Below, piece after piece: positions 14,501 through 29,500 of a DNA stretch of 64,000 nucleotides. Within the stretch, counting starts at the first letter, position 1. Every line of letters begins with the position of its first letter. Source of the stretch: Phoronis australis (Eukaryota; Animalia; Phoronida); the NCBI GenBank assembly GCA_002633005.1, contig NMRA01000158.1, forward strand, positions 713,397 through 777,396, given 5' to 3'. The notes below the pieces were generated by a model that worked only from the letters and a program-made list of their open reading frames with translations, was not told the DNA's origin and did no database searches. Both the position numbers and the translations under genes were made by a program.

Positions 14501-17500
14501 TGTTGGTAAACACCACATCATCTCTTATGACTGGGACCTACCTCTGTCCAGCTATCATTGTAAACATTGGTATTCTTAGGATACTCCAAGCTGGACAAGC
14601 TGCCTGACTGGTGATACATGGTGGCAGTCCACTGCCCTACACACACACACTGAGAGCCTTGTTATACGATGGGTCATAAATCCCACATCACTGATATAGA
14701 AGGTCAACAGAAACAGCTTTGATCCACAGCTAGGCCAGTGGTTGTAACTCCAGGTTATCACTAACAATAGCTATAGTAAGAGATAGCAGCCACTCAGATA
14801 TCCCTAAGTCAATTTGTGTGACCAAGTTGAACTTTCACAGTACACTGGGTTCCAGATTTGACCTTCTCCTTTCTTAGGGGGCACAGCTACTAACAAAGGG
14901 TGTGACAGTGTTGGGACACTGCTTACATAACACGCCTTTCACAGCAAAACTCCAAGTTTACACACACTCCTCAATGAGTGTTACACCACAACTGACAATG
15001 TGGGTCACGTCAATACAATACATTTGTACTGATCCCTCCTCTGACGAAGCATTCACGGTCCGAACAAAACCGTCTTACTCCATTCCTTCACTAGCCCATT
15101 TCCGGGTATCAGAATAAAAGTAAAAGTTCCTTGATCACGAGTCAAATTAATTACAAAATGGAAATTGGTATGCATTCACTTGAACAGTACAGGTAGCTTG
15201 GAATCAGTTGATCTGTCAGGTCGCCACGCCTCTTTGACCTAATTCACTGGTACACCCCAATGACCACTTAACTCATTCAGGTGGAGATAAACGCTGTTGG
15301 TTTATCACCTCCAAGGCATCTAATGGGAAGTTTACTTAGAATGAATTTATTATCTGTGATAAATCAACCACTTGGTAATTTATAAAACCACTCAATAAGG
15401 GGTATGCGCTGGCATGCATAATTTATACACACTGCTGAGACATCAGGGATTACTGGCTTCCCTACCTTCATTGTACACAAGCACGCGTACACATACACAC
15501 ACACACATACATACACGCATACATACATATACATACATACAGGATATGCAGACAGAAGCTTATGGGGTCACCTACAGTCATACATAAAACCTGACGAAGG
15601 TGACGATTTATAGGGATATGCAGACAGAAGCTTATGGGGTCATCTACAGTCATGCATAAAACCTGACGATTTATAAGGATAAATCCAAGGACAAGACTAG
15701 CAACCTTTCAATCACCAATAACACTGCTATTTGTCTAAATTCTACACATTCACAAGTTAGCCAGTGTACTAAAAACCTGCTATCTGGCTATATTGTTGCT
15801 TGGCTAAATCGCTAGATTAGCCAGCCCGACAGTCATAGACAAGGTCTGGCTTAATTGAAGAATCCTTCGATTTTTTGCAATTTAAAGTCTTCAATTAAAG
15901 CAAATATTCAGAAATCTCTTGCTGAGTGTAACAAACACTCCTAGCTGTCAAAAGCATTGGCACAGTCCACCAGCACCCTGAACAGTCTCACACAAAATCA
16001 TCAGAATAGAGAGAGTATAACCCGTTTTTCTGGGTCTTTTAGTACTGTAATGCCCTCCCGGTCTTATATGCCATTGGAAGCCCTAAATAGATGTCAGTGT
16101 TTTCCATTGGATCGAACATACCTCCCAGAACAAGAGATGTGGACTTGGGTATAATTTGTCACACAGCTGGGACCGAGAGTTACCAAAGATTTCCGACCAT
16201 CTCCAACAGATGTCACACAGGCTTGATCAAGACAACAGTGGCAGACGAAACATTACTGATTATTTTGAAGCAAATCCAGCATAGATTCATAATTTTCCCT
16301 GCTTTGGTATAACACTGCATCATCTAACATTGACCGAGAGAGTGCCAGTTATTTTGTCTGATGTACACTCGTGCCAAGTTTCAATTCACCAAGTCTGACA
16401 CTACTTACAAGTGAGTACTGTAAAATCTCACCAATTTAGAACACAATATGGCAAACAGGTAAAATTTCATCTTCCCATAGGCACACAAAAGATATGTAGG
16501 ACCAAATTAATACTTCAACATGTCCCAAATTCCGGACATAAGCAACCATCAGACAATATTTTTAAAAGTGTGGAGATTCACCACCACCTTAGAAGCCCTT
16601 CCAAACTTTTTCCCGAAGTGTTGGAATGTTTGGCGAACAAAATTACAAATTGAATGGTTTTCGGAAAAAAAGCCAATGAGATTAAGTGGGAATCGCAGGT
16701 CAATGTTACTGATTCACCCATATGATGGAGAGAAGTGTATACCTCTCCCTTTAATTTTACTTGTGACACAAGCTTTAAATGGTTCCTTCCAAATATGGTT
16801 CCTTCATAACATTGTGGCAACAAATATATTTCTTGTCAGAATTGGTTTCAAGCAATCAGATCTCTGAACATTTTGTAAAAAAAGCCATACAATATGACCA
16901 TCTATAATGCGTCCAATGATTTCTGGTCAGCAATCAGTCATTGGTTATCTGCTTAAACACAATCTTTATGTATTCTGTGGTCTACACATGTTTTCATTGG
17001 CAAATCACAAATGACAAATTAAAGGTTCCGGTGCTATAAATTTAGGTTTTCAGTATATTTTTTAGTCCTGCAGAGAATTTAATACTTGAATAGAAAATGT
17101 ATGTCCTCGAATTTTTTTCCGCTTTGGCTTTTCATATTCCCAGCATATTTGAAGGCCTTCATGTCGTTGATTTCTCTTGATTTTGTAAAAGATGTGGTCT
17201 GATGAGAAGACCCACTTGCAAACCTGTGACAACTGACAGTACATCAGTCGCCAGTGCATTAACATCAGTGCTCATTGCTGACGACACTGAGATCTGAGAC
17301 AGGCACATCGAGCCATTTGTTCCATCTCCAGACCGAACTGTATTCGCTGGCTTCTAACACGCGAATAATAACTTATAGAACAACATAAAACTTAGAGCAT
17401 AAAACTTATCTGTACTAGTGCCGTTACAGCGATAGTTTTGAATTAGGTCAGTAGGGTAAGATGGAAATCGTGGAATATGACAAGAATCACACGAGCGCTC

Positions 17501-20500
17501 GCCAATTGCAGAAATTTATGTGGAATGAAATTGCGTATTTTTTACCGCGAAGCTGTTTCTCGAGAAAGCACACCTTCTAAAGCATCGTAGTATAAACAGC
17601 AGCTCTGGCACTCAACTTTATATCACCAGGATCTAATGCGGACAAAAAACAAGTCATCAAAAACATTTCCTAGAAAAACAACTCCTCAGCAACTTCCACT
17701 GTTTCATAAGCACACATATTTTGTTTCATATGCGGAGAATTATGTTATCAAATATACCTTCGGTCCACGCAACTCTGGTTTAAATAAAGATACTCACAAG
17801 TTTTCTATACAAAACATTGTTGCGGGGTCCTGTGACTGCAATGCATGGCCTGGCCGTCATAGTTTGCCAGGTACTAAGCCGTAGCTTAGTTGTTGACCCG
17901 GTAAGCGTAAAAAGTCCAGGTTAATGTCTGAACCCATAACACACACCAAAAAAACCGTATCCACACACCCAGTAGTCGGGAATTTTAATGACATTTCACC
18001 ATACAGGCAGGCGTTCTTTCACCTGACTAGACAAATCCAAAGTAACAGTGCCTCTTTGATCGTATTTCCACTGGTGCTATGTCTCGTAAGCTCACGCTGA
18101 CTAAGTGTGCTTCTGATCAAGCTGTAAGGAATGTGAACATACTCCATTTCCACATCTCACTGTGAGACTCACTTAGATTTAAGGAAGGGACACTAAGAAT
18201 TTATGTCCATGAATTGGAAGGATTATTTCAAGGCGTTAGTAGTATTGATTTTATAAACTCCAGGCATAACACTGACGTTTGACCTAATCAAAAAAAACAC
18301 ACAAACATGTCTGTGGAAATCAGTTATCTTTGAATGTATTTTCTAGTTCACGGTGAAATGAAGTCCACAATTGGGACAGGCAGTGCTGTTAGCAAAATCT
18401 ACAGGCATAGGAAACATGGTTACAAGTCAAAACATAATTAGTGTGTGGTATTTCGTCACCAATTTAGCACACAGTATGACAATTCACTCATTTCACACAA
18501 AAATAATTGCCAAAATTGTGTAATTTTTCTGTTTTTCAAAGGTTGTTTACTTTGCTGCAATTATTAAAAACTTAAACGTTTTATATCTGCACACTACCAA
18601 AGTTGCAACAGACTGAAATTTCCTTAATATTCGTTTTTAAGAAATTTGATAAAATTAAAAATTTACTTGTCTGCCATACTGTGTGTTAAATACATAAAGA
18701 ATTACCACATTGCAGACAAGTGTAAACTCACTTCCACAAATTTCTCAACAAAAAGGAAGATAAAGCAAGTTTTAGTCTACTACTGGTATTGTTTCTATTG
18801 CATTGTAGAGATGTCATAAAGCAACATGTAGCAACGTTTCTATTATTTCCATCATGGTGATAATCAGCTTTTGGAAAATAGAAATATGACATTTTTGACA
18901 ATTACTTTTGTGAGAATTAACACAAGAATCACACTAAACAATATCTATGGGTCTAAATTAACTGTTAGCTACCTGGAGGGACACTTCTGCAGCACATAAC
19001 AATTATGGTGGTTAATAACAGTTGTCACCTGATATTAAATACCACAGTGGGACATTTGGACCAAGGAGAGCAGGCGGCTAATTACCACAAGTTACACATG
19101 AACGCATACTGTGAATGACGGGAGTTCACATATTTCCCACAGTCCAGAAAGATACATATTCACATGAAAAAGTCGTTAAGGGACCAAAAGATTTTAAGAA
19201 TTTTTATGCATGGGTGAAAAAATACTTCGGATTTACTAGGTTTCAGTTTTACCAACTGAAGGCAGTTGCTAAGTGGACTCAAACTTCCATAATTGAAGTG
19301 TAGGATCGGTGATTAGGACAGTGGCGAGTGGGAGACACTGACAGGTGAAATTCCTCAAAAATGACTGAAGTGACGGGTCTAAACTGATTAACGTTTTATT
19401 TGCAAAGTCCAAATGAACTTGAGTTTGCAAACAAAAGTTTGTAGTGTAGATGGGTCGGCAAACGCGATCAAAAAGTTTGAGGCAAACGCTATCAAAAAGT
19501 TTGAGGCAAACGCTATCAAAAAGTTTGATAGTTTTTTATTAGTGCAAGTCTGGCAGAGTTACGGTAAAATCTCACCAATTTCGAACAAAATGCCAAAACT
19601 GCATTTTTCACATTTTTCACGGTCTTCTTTTATTGTTGTAAGGGCCCACTTGAGGAGGTGGTTTTCAACTTAATTTTAGTCTTAACCCACACATACCTCT
19701 TAAGCGTAAACAAGCGATCGAACTGTATCGATTCAGATTGGGGAAGAGCACACATGTAGATATTGGTTTCTGTGTCTGATAGTTTGTCCATGATCCCATA
19801 CCAGTGATACACGTTTGACATTCTCCAACAATTATTATGGCTAAACAACACTGAAGCAGCAACTGTCACTATGAGATTCACGAAAAGGTAAAAACTTAAG
19901 AAAACTATAAACAAAATCGTCAAAACCATAAATATCTTATTATGATATCTACGTTCAAAAAATCCAAATACCAGTCATTTTATAGAGGAAGTTCTTGACA
20001 GGAAGAGAAGTGCCCATCCACAGGATTCTTCTAGCAGACCACGTAGCGTCAAAACTCACACGATCTTGGTAATAAATGTAATAAATCGCCCATGTAGTGC
20101 AAAAGCGGAGACATATAGTGACTTGAGCCCACATATATATCTCGACTTAAATTGAGTTAAGTGTAAACAGGTTGTGAAATAATAATATTAATCATTCTAC
20201 TCTGCTACAATCCAAGTGAATAATGTAAAGGACAATCAAATATATAACACAGGCCATCTTCAATAGAGATTACTAGGGTACATGCACTTAACCTTTTACA
20301 AACAGGAGTAGGTATGTGGACAACGACCAGTTTACAAATGAAATATAAGGCAAGAGTTCCAGTCCTAAGCTGGGCTAGGAGGGAATGTGCAGGAGCCAGC
20401 ACAGAAACAAACTTGGGTTTAGTTATTTTAGATTACGTCCGTTCATTCTTTGATTGTTCAAATAGTTTCTTTCTCACATTATCTACATCACAAAAACTTG

Positions 20501-23500
20501 AATTATGAAAACAAGACGGAACAGGGCCATCCTGGATTACATAGCGATACGCTATATTTACCCACAATGCCGCAATATCTATCAAGCACTTTTATATTAT
20601 GCGCCAGTGGAGTTCCACATCTTCTTTGTTGTTGTAATCTTTACAAGTTTTTCTTTGCTGCTGCAAGTACTCTATTTGTCATTCCAATGGCAAGGAAGTA
20701 TTACTGCTGGGGCGTGGGCTGTAACTCCACGGGAGAAAGTTGTATAAACTTGGCAACGCCATGGATGCGTGACGTTATATTCTTTACCTTCACAACATCA
20801 AATCAAAGACAAGAAAAAGAAGAGCAAGTGGATTAAGCAAGTTTGTCGGGTTAATTTTGAACCGAACAGAATCCCCTTTTTTGAAGCCACCTTATCTATT
20901 CTGATAATTTTAAACGCTATAAACTTCGGCCATTTACACCATGACCTGTGAAGATATATCTGACCTTCTAAAATGAGGCACGGAAAACAATGCGCTTTCT
21001 TACCTCCAGCAAAAAGGCGAGTTCTATCGCTGTGTAATTGTGTAATCTGGGATGGCCCTTTATAAATATCACTATGGACTTTTTAACATTAAATGTCCAA
21101 CCCTGCCCTTTCTAATAACATATTAATTCCACAAACATAATATCCTTTTCGTAATTCATTTCTCAGTTATTCCCAAAGTTGTATCCTACTGAATTTCCAT
21201 CCATGGTTTATCTGTAGAATCCCATCTCCTGTATTCACAAAAAATGTGAATAGGTATAAATCTGTTTACCCTTAAATAAAAACGCGTGGCTTTGCTTTGA
21301 ATATTTTCAAAATGAACATAACATTTGTAACCTCACACAACAGAGGCACAATCTGAAGTTGGTGCTATACAAGAATCAAACGTTTTAAAAGTTAGACAAC
21401 CCATGTTATTATCAAAGCGAAAAATGCTCGTTCTTAAGCTTCGGCCATTGCGGTTACGTTTTCTTTAAAATAGAGATATTCGTAAAGAATAACTCCAAGT
21501 ATCTATATGATACTCAGTATTTGATTACTGAATTCCCAAATTTAAGAATGACAAAACTTTTTCAGTATGATTGGTTCTGATGTGAACAACATACGTTTTA
21601 GGTAAGTTGACATACCATTTTCTATTATAGTAACAAGCTCTTTTAAAAATTAAGCAAATCTTGCAGATTTTTCTCACTTTCAGATAGGAGAACAACGTCA
21701 TCCTCATAGAGCAAAACGCATTTAATCTTTAATCGGCCAACTTTACACCCCTATCTAATTCGTTGATGTCTTTAACTAGCTCAGTGTAGGTGATAAATAA
21801 TCTCCCTTGATGACCACCACTTTCACAGTTAAACAAGTCAGTGAAATACCTATCATTTAGTACAATACAGCTTGCAGGGGGGTTCATTATAAATCATTTT
21901 AATTGTACAATACACAGCTGGTACCCGTTTTGCGCAGAAACTAACATACCAGATTTTCTGGTTGTACGAAAACAAGCCAGCGCATTTGCTAGAAAATCTT
22001 TTATCCATAAAGAAACAAGAAATACAGGTGAGACAATACTGAAAATAACGTAACAAAATATCAAATATCAAAGCTGGATACTACAATGGAAAAATCCCAG
22101 GAAAGAAACCAAGGTGAAAGGGAAACCCCAAGGGAGACACCAAGGGGAAAGGGAAACCCCATGGGAGACACCAAGAAGAAAGGGAAACCCCATAGGAGAC
22201 ACCAATGTGACATGGAAATCCCAATGGAGAAATTAAGTGACACCAAGGTGAAAGGGAAAGTCCATGAGGGACACCAAGGAGAAGGGAGACACCAAGATGA
22301 AAGCACAACACCCAGAGCGAAAGAGACATTTTTGCAAAAATGTCACACCTCAGAAAGCAGCATGCTCCTCCAAAGAGACAAACCAGCAACAAGCAATCAA
22401 CCAGCTCCCTGTAAAAACACGTATTACCACAACTTACAGACTCAGCTTTCTCCCACCGAATCACACTGGGCAAAGAATCCTCTTTCATCTTTAATTGCTC
22501 GTTTTCCTTCAAAGCTTTCACGTGTGCTAGTATCTTTTCCCGATTCCACAGACTTCTCCGTTTTTTACCATGGCTGCATTCATTTACCTCCATCTCCCTC
22601 CTCTTGACATCAATCAGCTGAACTTTCCGTAAACGTTCTAGAATTAGCTCACGGTTCCAGTGACTGGAGTGGCCAGTGTCCTCCCCATTATCAGCCTCCT
22701 CGCTCAGAGACTCACGGTGCAGTTTCTTCAGTATACTGTTACGCTGCCAATCTACAGAGTTGCGGACCCTCCGAGTGCCCATTATTACGACAACAACCCA
22801 CAGCTATCATACCACATGCTGTAAACCATACCTAGCTAAATCAGGGTAGCACACCTTCTGCATGTTGCTAGGAAAAACACGGATAAATATCAGGTAAATA
22901 GACCAGCATCTTTGACTGAATATCGTCGAATCCCCCAAAAGCATGTGTTGCGTTAAGAAATCAATATGATGACAATGGAAACAGTAAAGCAGGAAACCAT
23001 TAAGAAAAGCTAATATCTGGTAAAAGCCAATTTAGCTTTAGATGTTAGACTCTGCAGTCTGCTGAATGGAAAAAATAAATTTCCCACTTAATCCTTCACT
23101 GTACATACTCATTTTCATTGCAGAGAAAGTCTAAGCCAGCCAATCCTATTTATAATTACACATCTGTTACAAAAAAGCAGTCCCTGAGAAATTCCTTAAC
23201 ACCTTTTTACAACCCTAGGGAATGTTTTAAAAAGGGATACACAAGTTTTTACAGTGCGTTTGTGCCAAGTAAAACAGAACTAATGCAGTAATTACCCTGG
23301 CACCTAGCTGTAACAGCTTGTACACCATGCTTTCAAATAAGTAACCATATTATCACATACGGTTCCGTACCAGCATTTGCTTCATTAGGCTACCTTAGCA
23401 ATGAGGCGTCAGCAAAAATTGTAATTAAGAGCAAAAAACCTGTGTCAAAGGATTCTGTGTTTTGTGATAATGAAAGCCGAGTGATGAATTACAACTGAGC

Positions 23501-26500
23501 TACATCACAGCTAATTGGACAGAAATTAATGTCAAACCTGCTGTTTGTGATAGTTCAAGGGCCTCTAACAATGATGGTAATATCACCAGCCAGATTTTTA
23601 ACTGTTGTCTAGAGGAAGCTATGGTAAAGCTACGTATTTTCATTAAAAAATGAGGAAATTAGCACTCTAAGACCATCTTGTTGTGTCCAAGAGATGAAAT
23701 TTTAACGTTGCGGTCCAGTTCCATCCAAAAGCATTTAAGTTGGGGCTTCATGGCATACTACTCTTTGGAGAATTTCATAAGTGGAAAAATGCCTAAAACA
23801 CTCTAAGAGGAGGTCTAACAGTGTTGATGAATGCATAATTTTCACAAGAGAACACAAGTTTAACTAACCAAAAGTCGTGGAAAACCATAAAAATGTATGA
23901 AACATCAAGAACTGCTTTTATAACAGCTTGAAGGAACAATCAAAGGACAGGAAAAATCATTGTGATCCAGAGCCATTGGCTCACACTCCATCTCAACCAC
24001 TCACAGACAGACTTTTGTACAGTCCATAAAAACAAAACGCAGCATATCACATAACAACAGGTAGATACGGTATGACAGTAAACCATCTGCCCATGGGAAT
24101 TAGCATGCCACTCGAGCATCCACGGATGCAAAATTCAAACAAACGTATGAAAAATCTCACACTTACTTTTCTAAGTCGTCTCCTGTTTTGGCTAACATTC
24201 CTGCGAGCCCGAGAATACGGCAGGACAGTCATTGAGCCGCCAATCCGTTGACTGTGTAGATCTAGATGGGGGCCAGGCCCAAAACGAGGCAAAGACGAGG
24301 TCGAATTGGCTCGACTTCGGCGGGAATTGTTATAATGGTAGTCGAAATGTTGTGGAGGGAGGTAGGATTGTGGTGCGTCATATCGCTCATACATTTTGAT
24401 TTCCCCCTGAATCAACAAGTTAAGGGTTGCCTGTCACTCTGAGTTTCTCTCTCCTGATGGCAACTAACGAAATTCCTCTAGCAAGTTTTCAACAGAATAG
24501 CAAGGTCATTGACAGAGAGGGTACGATTCTCCAACTCTCCGCCAACCAAACAACCCTGCGCTTTGCCTGAGACCAGTCATAACCTGTGATACATGGATTC
24601 CTAGTATGATGGATGACACATGTGCAAGATATCAGTTACAAGGCCAAGAACAAGCAGGTCTCTGGCCATCCAGAGATTATGCACATCACAAACTTGTTAA
24701 AACCAAGCTAAGTCCTGTGTTCTACCGTCCACCATAAGAAGCACAAAACCACAAATTGAAAGGAGTAATCTGGAGACGAAGAGCCAAGCTTCCCAATAAG
24801 TGTCATACAGGTCAGATGCTCCGCCACTAAATCCCAAGATTCCCGTAGGTTCCAGCATATAATCCAACAGCAATAGTAACTGCAGGAAAACCCTCCACAA
24901 CTGAAGTTGCCAGATGCCAGTAAAACTAACAGGCAATTTCACCCGCCAAAAGTCAAGGAATAAGATAGTCAGAATCCGCACTCTGGCTGAGGTTTGAGCA
25001 TGGAGCCAGAGTGCTGCCAAGGCTGTTGGAAAAATGAGGACAGCTGAGTTAACGAGCATTTATCCCTGGCCAGGGATGGAAGGTTGTATTCAACTCAAAC
25101 TATACAAGCACAGGCAACCATGACTGACTAGACTACACCAAGGAATGTGGGCACTTTCCTGTTTCCAACAATTCCAATCTGTTACCAAACACATAGACCT
25201 TGCCGTTGGACAAAATAACACCTATTTAATGGTAGATTCCCCTCTGTGGTCATGGCTAAGTGAACTAGGCCAAGACCAAAATGCCTCAAGAACAAACCAT
25301 GACAGATGGGCATAATTTAAATGCCAACTGCAGGTTATCAGTCACCACCAAAACATCAAATGGTAAAGGTGCACATGACATTGCCACAGGAAAAGTCATT
25401 TTGTCAGTGCATCCCACACCCCGAACAGTACATATGAAGAACTTGTTAACAATAAAATTTTTACAATGCAGTGTTACACTAAAGTGATAAGTACAGGCCT
25501 ACAGAGCAAACCATGGCAACAAACAAAACATTATTTTTATTAAGTTTGTTAAAAAATTTGATCATGCAAATATTTTAGCATAGCAAATGTGAAACAGGTG
25601 GACAAATTCTTGGCAGTTCACACCCCTTGTTTACCATTGCGTCATTACCCCTCCCTGTTCTAGGAACCTATTACTCACCTTCTTCTAGCAAATCAACCGT
25701 CACTAGTAAGAAAAACTTGTTACAACTATTTTATAGACATAGGCAAATCGCAAAATTATAGTTGACATTTTTGAACACCAAATGCAATTTCATGCAAAAT
25801 TAGTCGGTCGCTTGTATAAAATATATTTATGACTGAAGGCAAACTGATATCAATAACTATTATGTTCAACGGGCACAACCCCCCCCCCCGAGATCTTGCC
25901 ACTCAATAATGCATTTTAGGCCATCTTATTTCAGGACACAGACGCATAACATGTTTTGGGTATACTTTAGCTGTTTTTGCCACTAAGACGTGCATTTTTC
26001 TTACATGAAAAGTATAAAGTCACTTTTCCCAGATAAGTCTATAGCCAGCCTCAAGTACCTCGTCAAGATCTATTTCATGAGAGTGGCTCAAGATTTATAA
26101 TAATAATAAAAATTTGGTGTCTCCCTCCCNAGCAAGATATCAGTTACAAGGCCAAGAACAACCAGGTCTCTGGCCATCCAGAGATTATGCACATCACAAA
26201 CTTGTTAAAACCAAGCTAAGTCCTGTGTTCTACCGTCCACCATAAGAAGCACAAAACCACAAATTGAAAGGAGTAATCTGGAGACGAAGAGCCAAGCTTC
26301 CCAATAAGGGTCATACAGGTCAGATGCTCCGCCACTAAATCCCTAGATTCCCGTAGGTTCCAGCATATAATCCAACAGCAATAGTAACTGCAGGAAAACC
26401 CTCCACAACTGAAGTTGCCAGATGCCAGTAAAACTAACAGGCAATTTCACCCACCAAAAGTCAAGGAATGAGATAGTCAGAATCCGCACTCTGGCTGAGG

Positions 26501-29500
26501 TTTGAACATGGAGCCAGAGTGCTGCCAAGGCTGTTGGAAAAATGAGGACAGCTGAGTTAACGAGCATTTATCCCTGGCCAGGGATGGAAGGTTGTATTCA
26601 ACTCAAACTATACAAGCAGAGGCAACCATGACTGACTACACTACACCAAGGAATGTGGGCACTTTCCTGTTTCCAACAATTCCAATCGGTTACCAAACAC
26701 ATAGACCTTGCCGTTGGACAAAATAACACCTATTTAATGGTAGATTCCCCTCCGTGGTCATGGCTAAGTGAACTAGGCCAAGACCAAAATGCCTCAAGAA
26801 CAAACCATGACAGATGGGCATAATTTAAATGCCAACTGCAGGTTATCAGTCACCACCATAACATCAAATGGTAAAGGTGCACATGACATTGCCACAGGAA
26901 AAGTCATTTTGTCAGTGCATCCCACACCCCGAACAGTACATATGAAGAACTTGTTAACAATAAAATTTTTACAATGCAGTGTTACACTAAAGTGATAAGT
27001 ACAGGCCTACAGAGCAAACCATGGCAACAAATAAAACATTATTTTTATTAAAAAATTTGATCATGCAAATATTTTAGCATAGCAAATGTGAAACAGGTGG
27101 ACAAATTCTTGGCAGTTCACACCCCTTGTTTACCATAGTGTCATTACCCCCTCCCTGTTCTAGGAACCTATTACTCACCTTCTTCTAGCAAGTCAATTGT
27201 CACTAGTAAGAAAAACTTGTTACAACTATTTTATAGACATAGGCAAGTTGCAAAACAATAGCTGACATTTTTGAACACCAAATGCAATTTTATGCAAAAT
27301 TAGTCGGTCGCTTGTATAAAATATATTTATGACTGAAGGCAAACTGATATCAATAACTATTATGTTCAACGGGCACAACCCCCCCCCCCGAGATCTTGCC
27401 ACCCAATAATGCATTTTAGGCCATCTTTTTTCAGGACACAGACGCATAACATGTTTTGGGTATATTTTAGCTATTTTTAAGACGTGCATTTTTCTTACAT
27501 GAAAAGTATGAAGTCACTTTTCCCAGATAAGTCTATAGCCAGCCTCAAGTACCTCGTCAAGATCTGTTTCATGAGAGTGGCTCAAGATTTATAATAATGA
27601 TAAAAATTTGGTGTCTCCCTCCCACTTCACAATAGCTGAAAAAAGTTCAACTAAGTAATTAAGACCGCATCACAATCTAGAAATAATTTATAGACATTAT
27701 CTCAACAACTAAATGTTTTTTCATTCCCAGACACTTTGCACTTTTGCTAGTGAGATATTTTTTTAAAAAATAGTTGTGGGGAACGCGATACCAAATTTCT
27801 AAGTTAAGTCCGAAGTCACTTTTCAAGAAACAAAACACCGTTCTTAAAAGATTTTGGCACGACGCCTCTCTAACCAGTGATATACTGGTGATCGGATTCA
27901 TCATTTCCTGCCAGCAGAGAATGTATACATTACATGGCTTGCCTCAAATGTAAACATGTCTGCACACAGCAGGCCAGTAAAAAGTAAAACATGCAATAAA
28001 GTCTGCAGAATATGACTGGCATGCTGACATAAACATACAATCTAGAGGAATACCAGAGAAGTTCACAGGCCTACCACACTCATTTGGTTAAACATCCATA
28101 TCCCAATTTTCAAAATTTTCACTTTGAAATGGCCAAGATTAGTCAAGCATACGCTCACAAGATTAATGCAGACAGGACTTTTAATTCCTTGAAAGCACCA
28201 AGACACAACAACTTCATGAAGTTTCACCCCTACTAATGCCCACAATTCGTTACCAGTGCATTTTAATCTCGAGTTTTACTTGAATATCGACAGGTGAGAT
28301 AAAACTCGCTCAACTTTTCAAAACATTTTCTTTGTAAACGCTCATGCTTGGTTTAACACCCACATTTTGATTCTTGAATTTCTCAATGCTCAACAACCCA
28401 GGCAATATCCCGGACGAGTACAGTACATATCAACAACACTTGAAGAAGAGGTTTTGGAGGAATAAAGGAACAAGGGTAGACCCAATGATAACAACAAGAA
28501 TGTTATCTGGTGATTTGACAATGTTATGACTAAAGTTTGAACACAGGGATAACACTGACAAAAACATTTCACAATAAAACACTTTAATCACTATCGCTTT
28601 CAAATGAGCACCGTGAATGCAAGCAGTTTTTCATTTGCAAAAACTCTAACCAGGTACACAGGTGGGCTATCCCTGTAGGTGATTTTTTTTTCTAGCAGTT
28701 GGTTTGGTTTCCTCACCACCCAATTTACTTTTACGTAAAATTAAGTCAAAATACTTCACTCTCAGCTATCAATTACTGCAACGAGAAACAAATGCTTGAT
28801 CATGTCTGTGCATGTGCAACTAATTATATCCAAAATTGGTGAGATTTTATCGCAGAATCCAATGATAATGTTTTTGGCAAAAATGGTCTCTAATATAGAA
28901 CTTTCCCCTACAAACACCCTGTGTAACTACACCATCGCATGTGGCCATGACATTTAACCTTGACATTATCTTGTATTTTCCCTTAATAGGCATGATGAAA
29001 TATTAGATTACCAAAATAGTACTTTACAAGTAACACCAGCATAAATAAACTTGAGTGTGATCATTTGCTGTCACAGTTATTCTCCAGTTGTCAATGTTTT
29101 TGGTTCAACCCAGGCAAATTCATAACAAGTCAGGGTGAGCAACGTTAACACATAAATGTATCAGACATAATGACATTCCTTGCAAAAACCCCAACATGTC
29201 CAAAGAAAATAATGTCAAGTCACAAATCTTAACAGGAAAACTTGTTGATTTACAGTTAAACACCTGAATCACTTGCATTAGTAGGGACATAATGACTAAC
29301 CACCTTAATCCAAATATTTCAACAAGTCTTCCACCTACAAACCAAGTGTGCAAGCAGCACCACCTAGTGACAAGATGAGGAAATGAAATTTCTGATTTGA
29401 CACCACCTCAGTTACTGAGAGTTACAAATGTGATTTCAATGTGCAAGTCAAATGCAATAACATTGAAAAATAACACAATAATAATATGAATATTGCTATC

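Noticed and set aside
19457-19529. CRISPR-like repeats
   Set aside because: Head-to-tail repeats without spacers in eukaryotic intronic DNA.
22086-22607. 173-aa plus-strand ORF
   Set aside because: Arises from the stop-poor minisatellite and the antisense of exon C.
24697-26995. Paired ORFs (MLVNSAV..., MPQEQT...) suggesting duplicated genes
   Set aside because: No recognisable homology; one copy has a premature stop; explained by the N-gap duplication.
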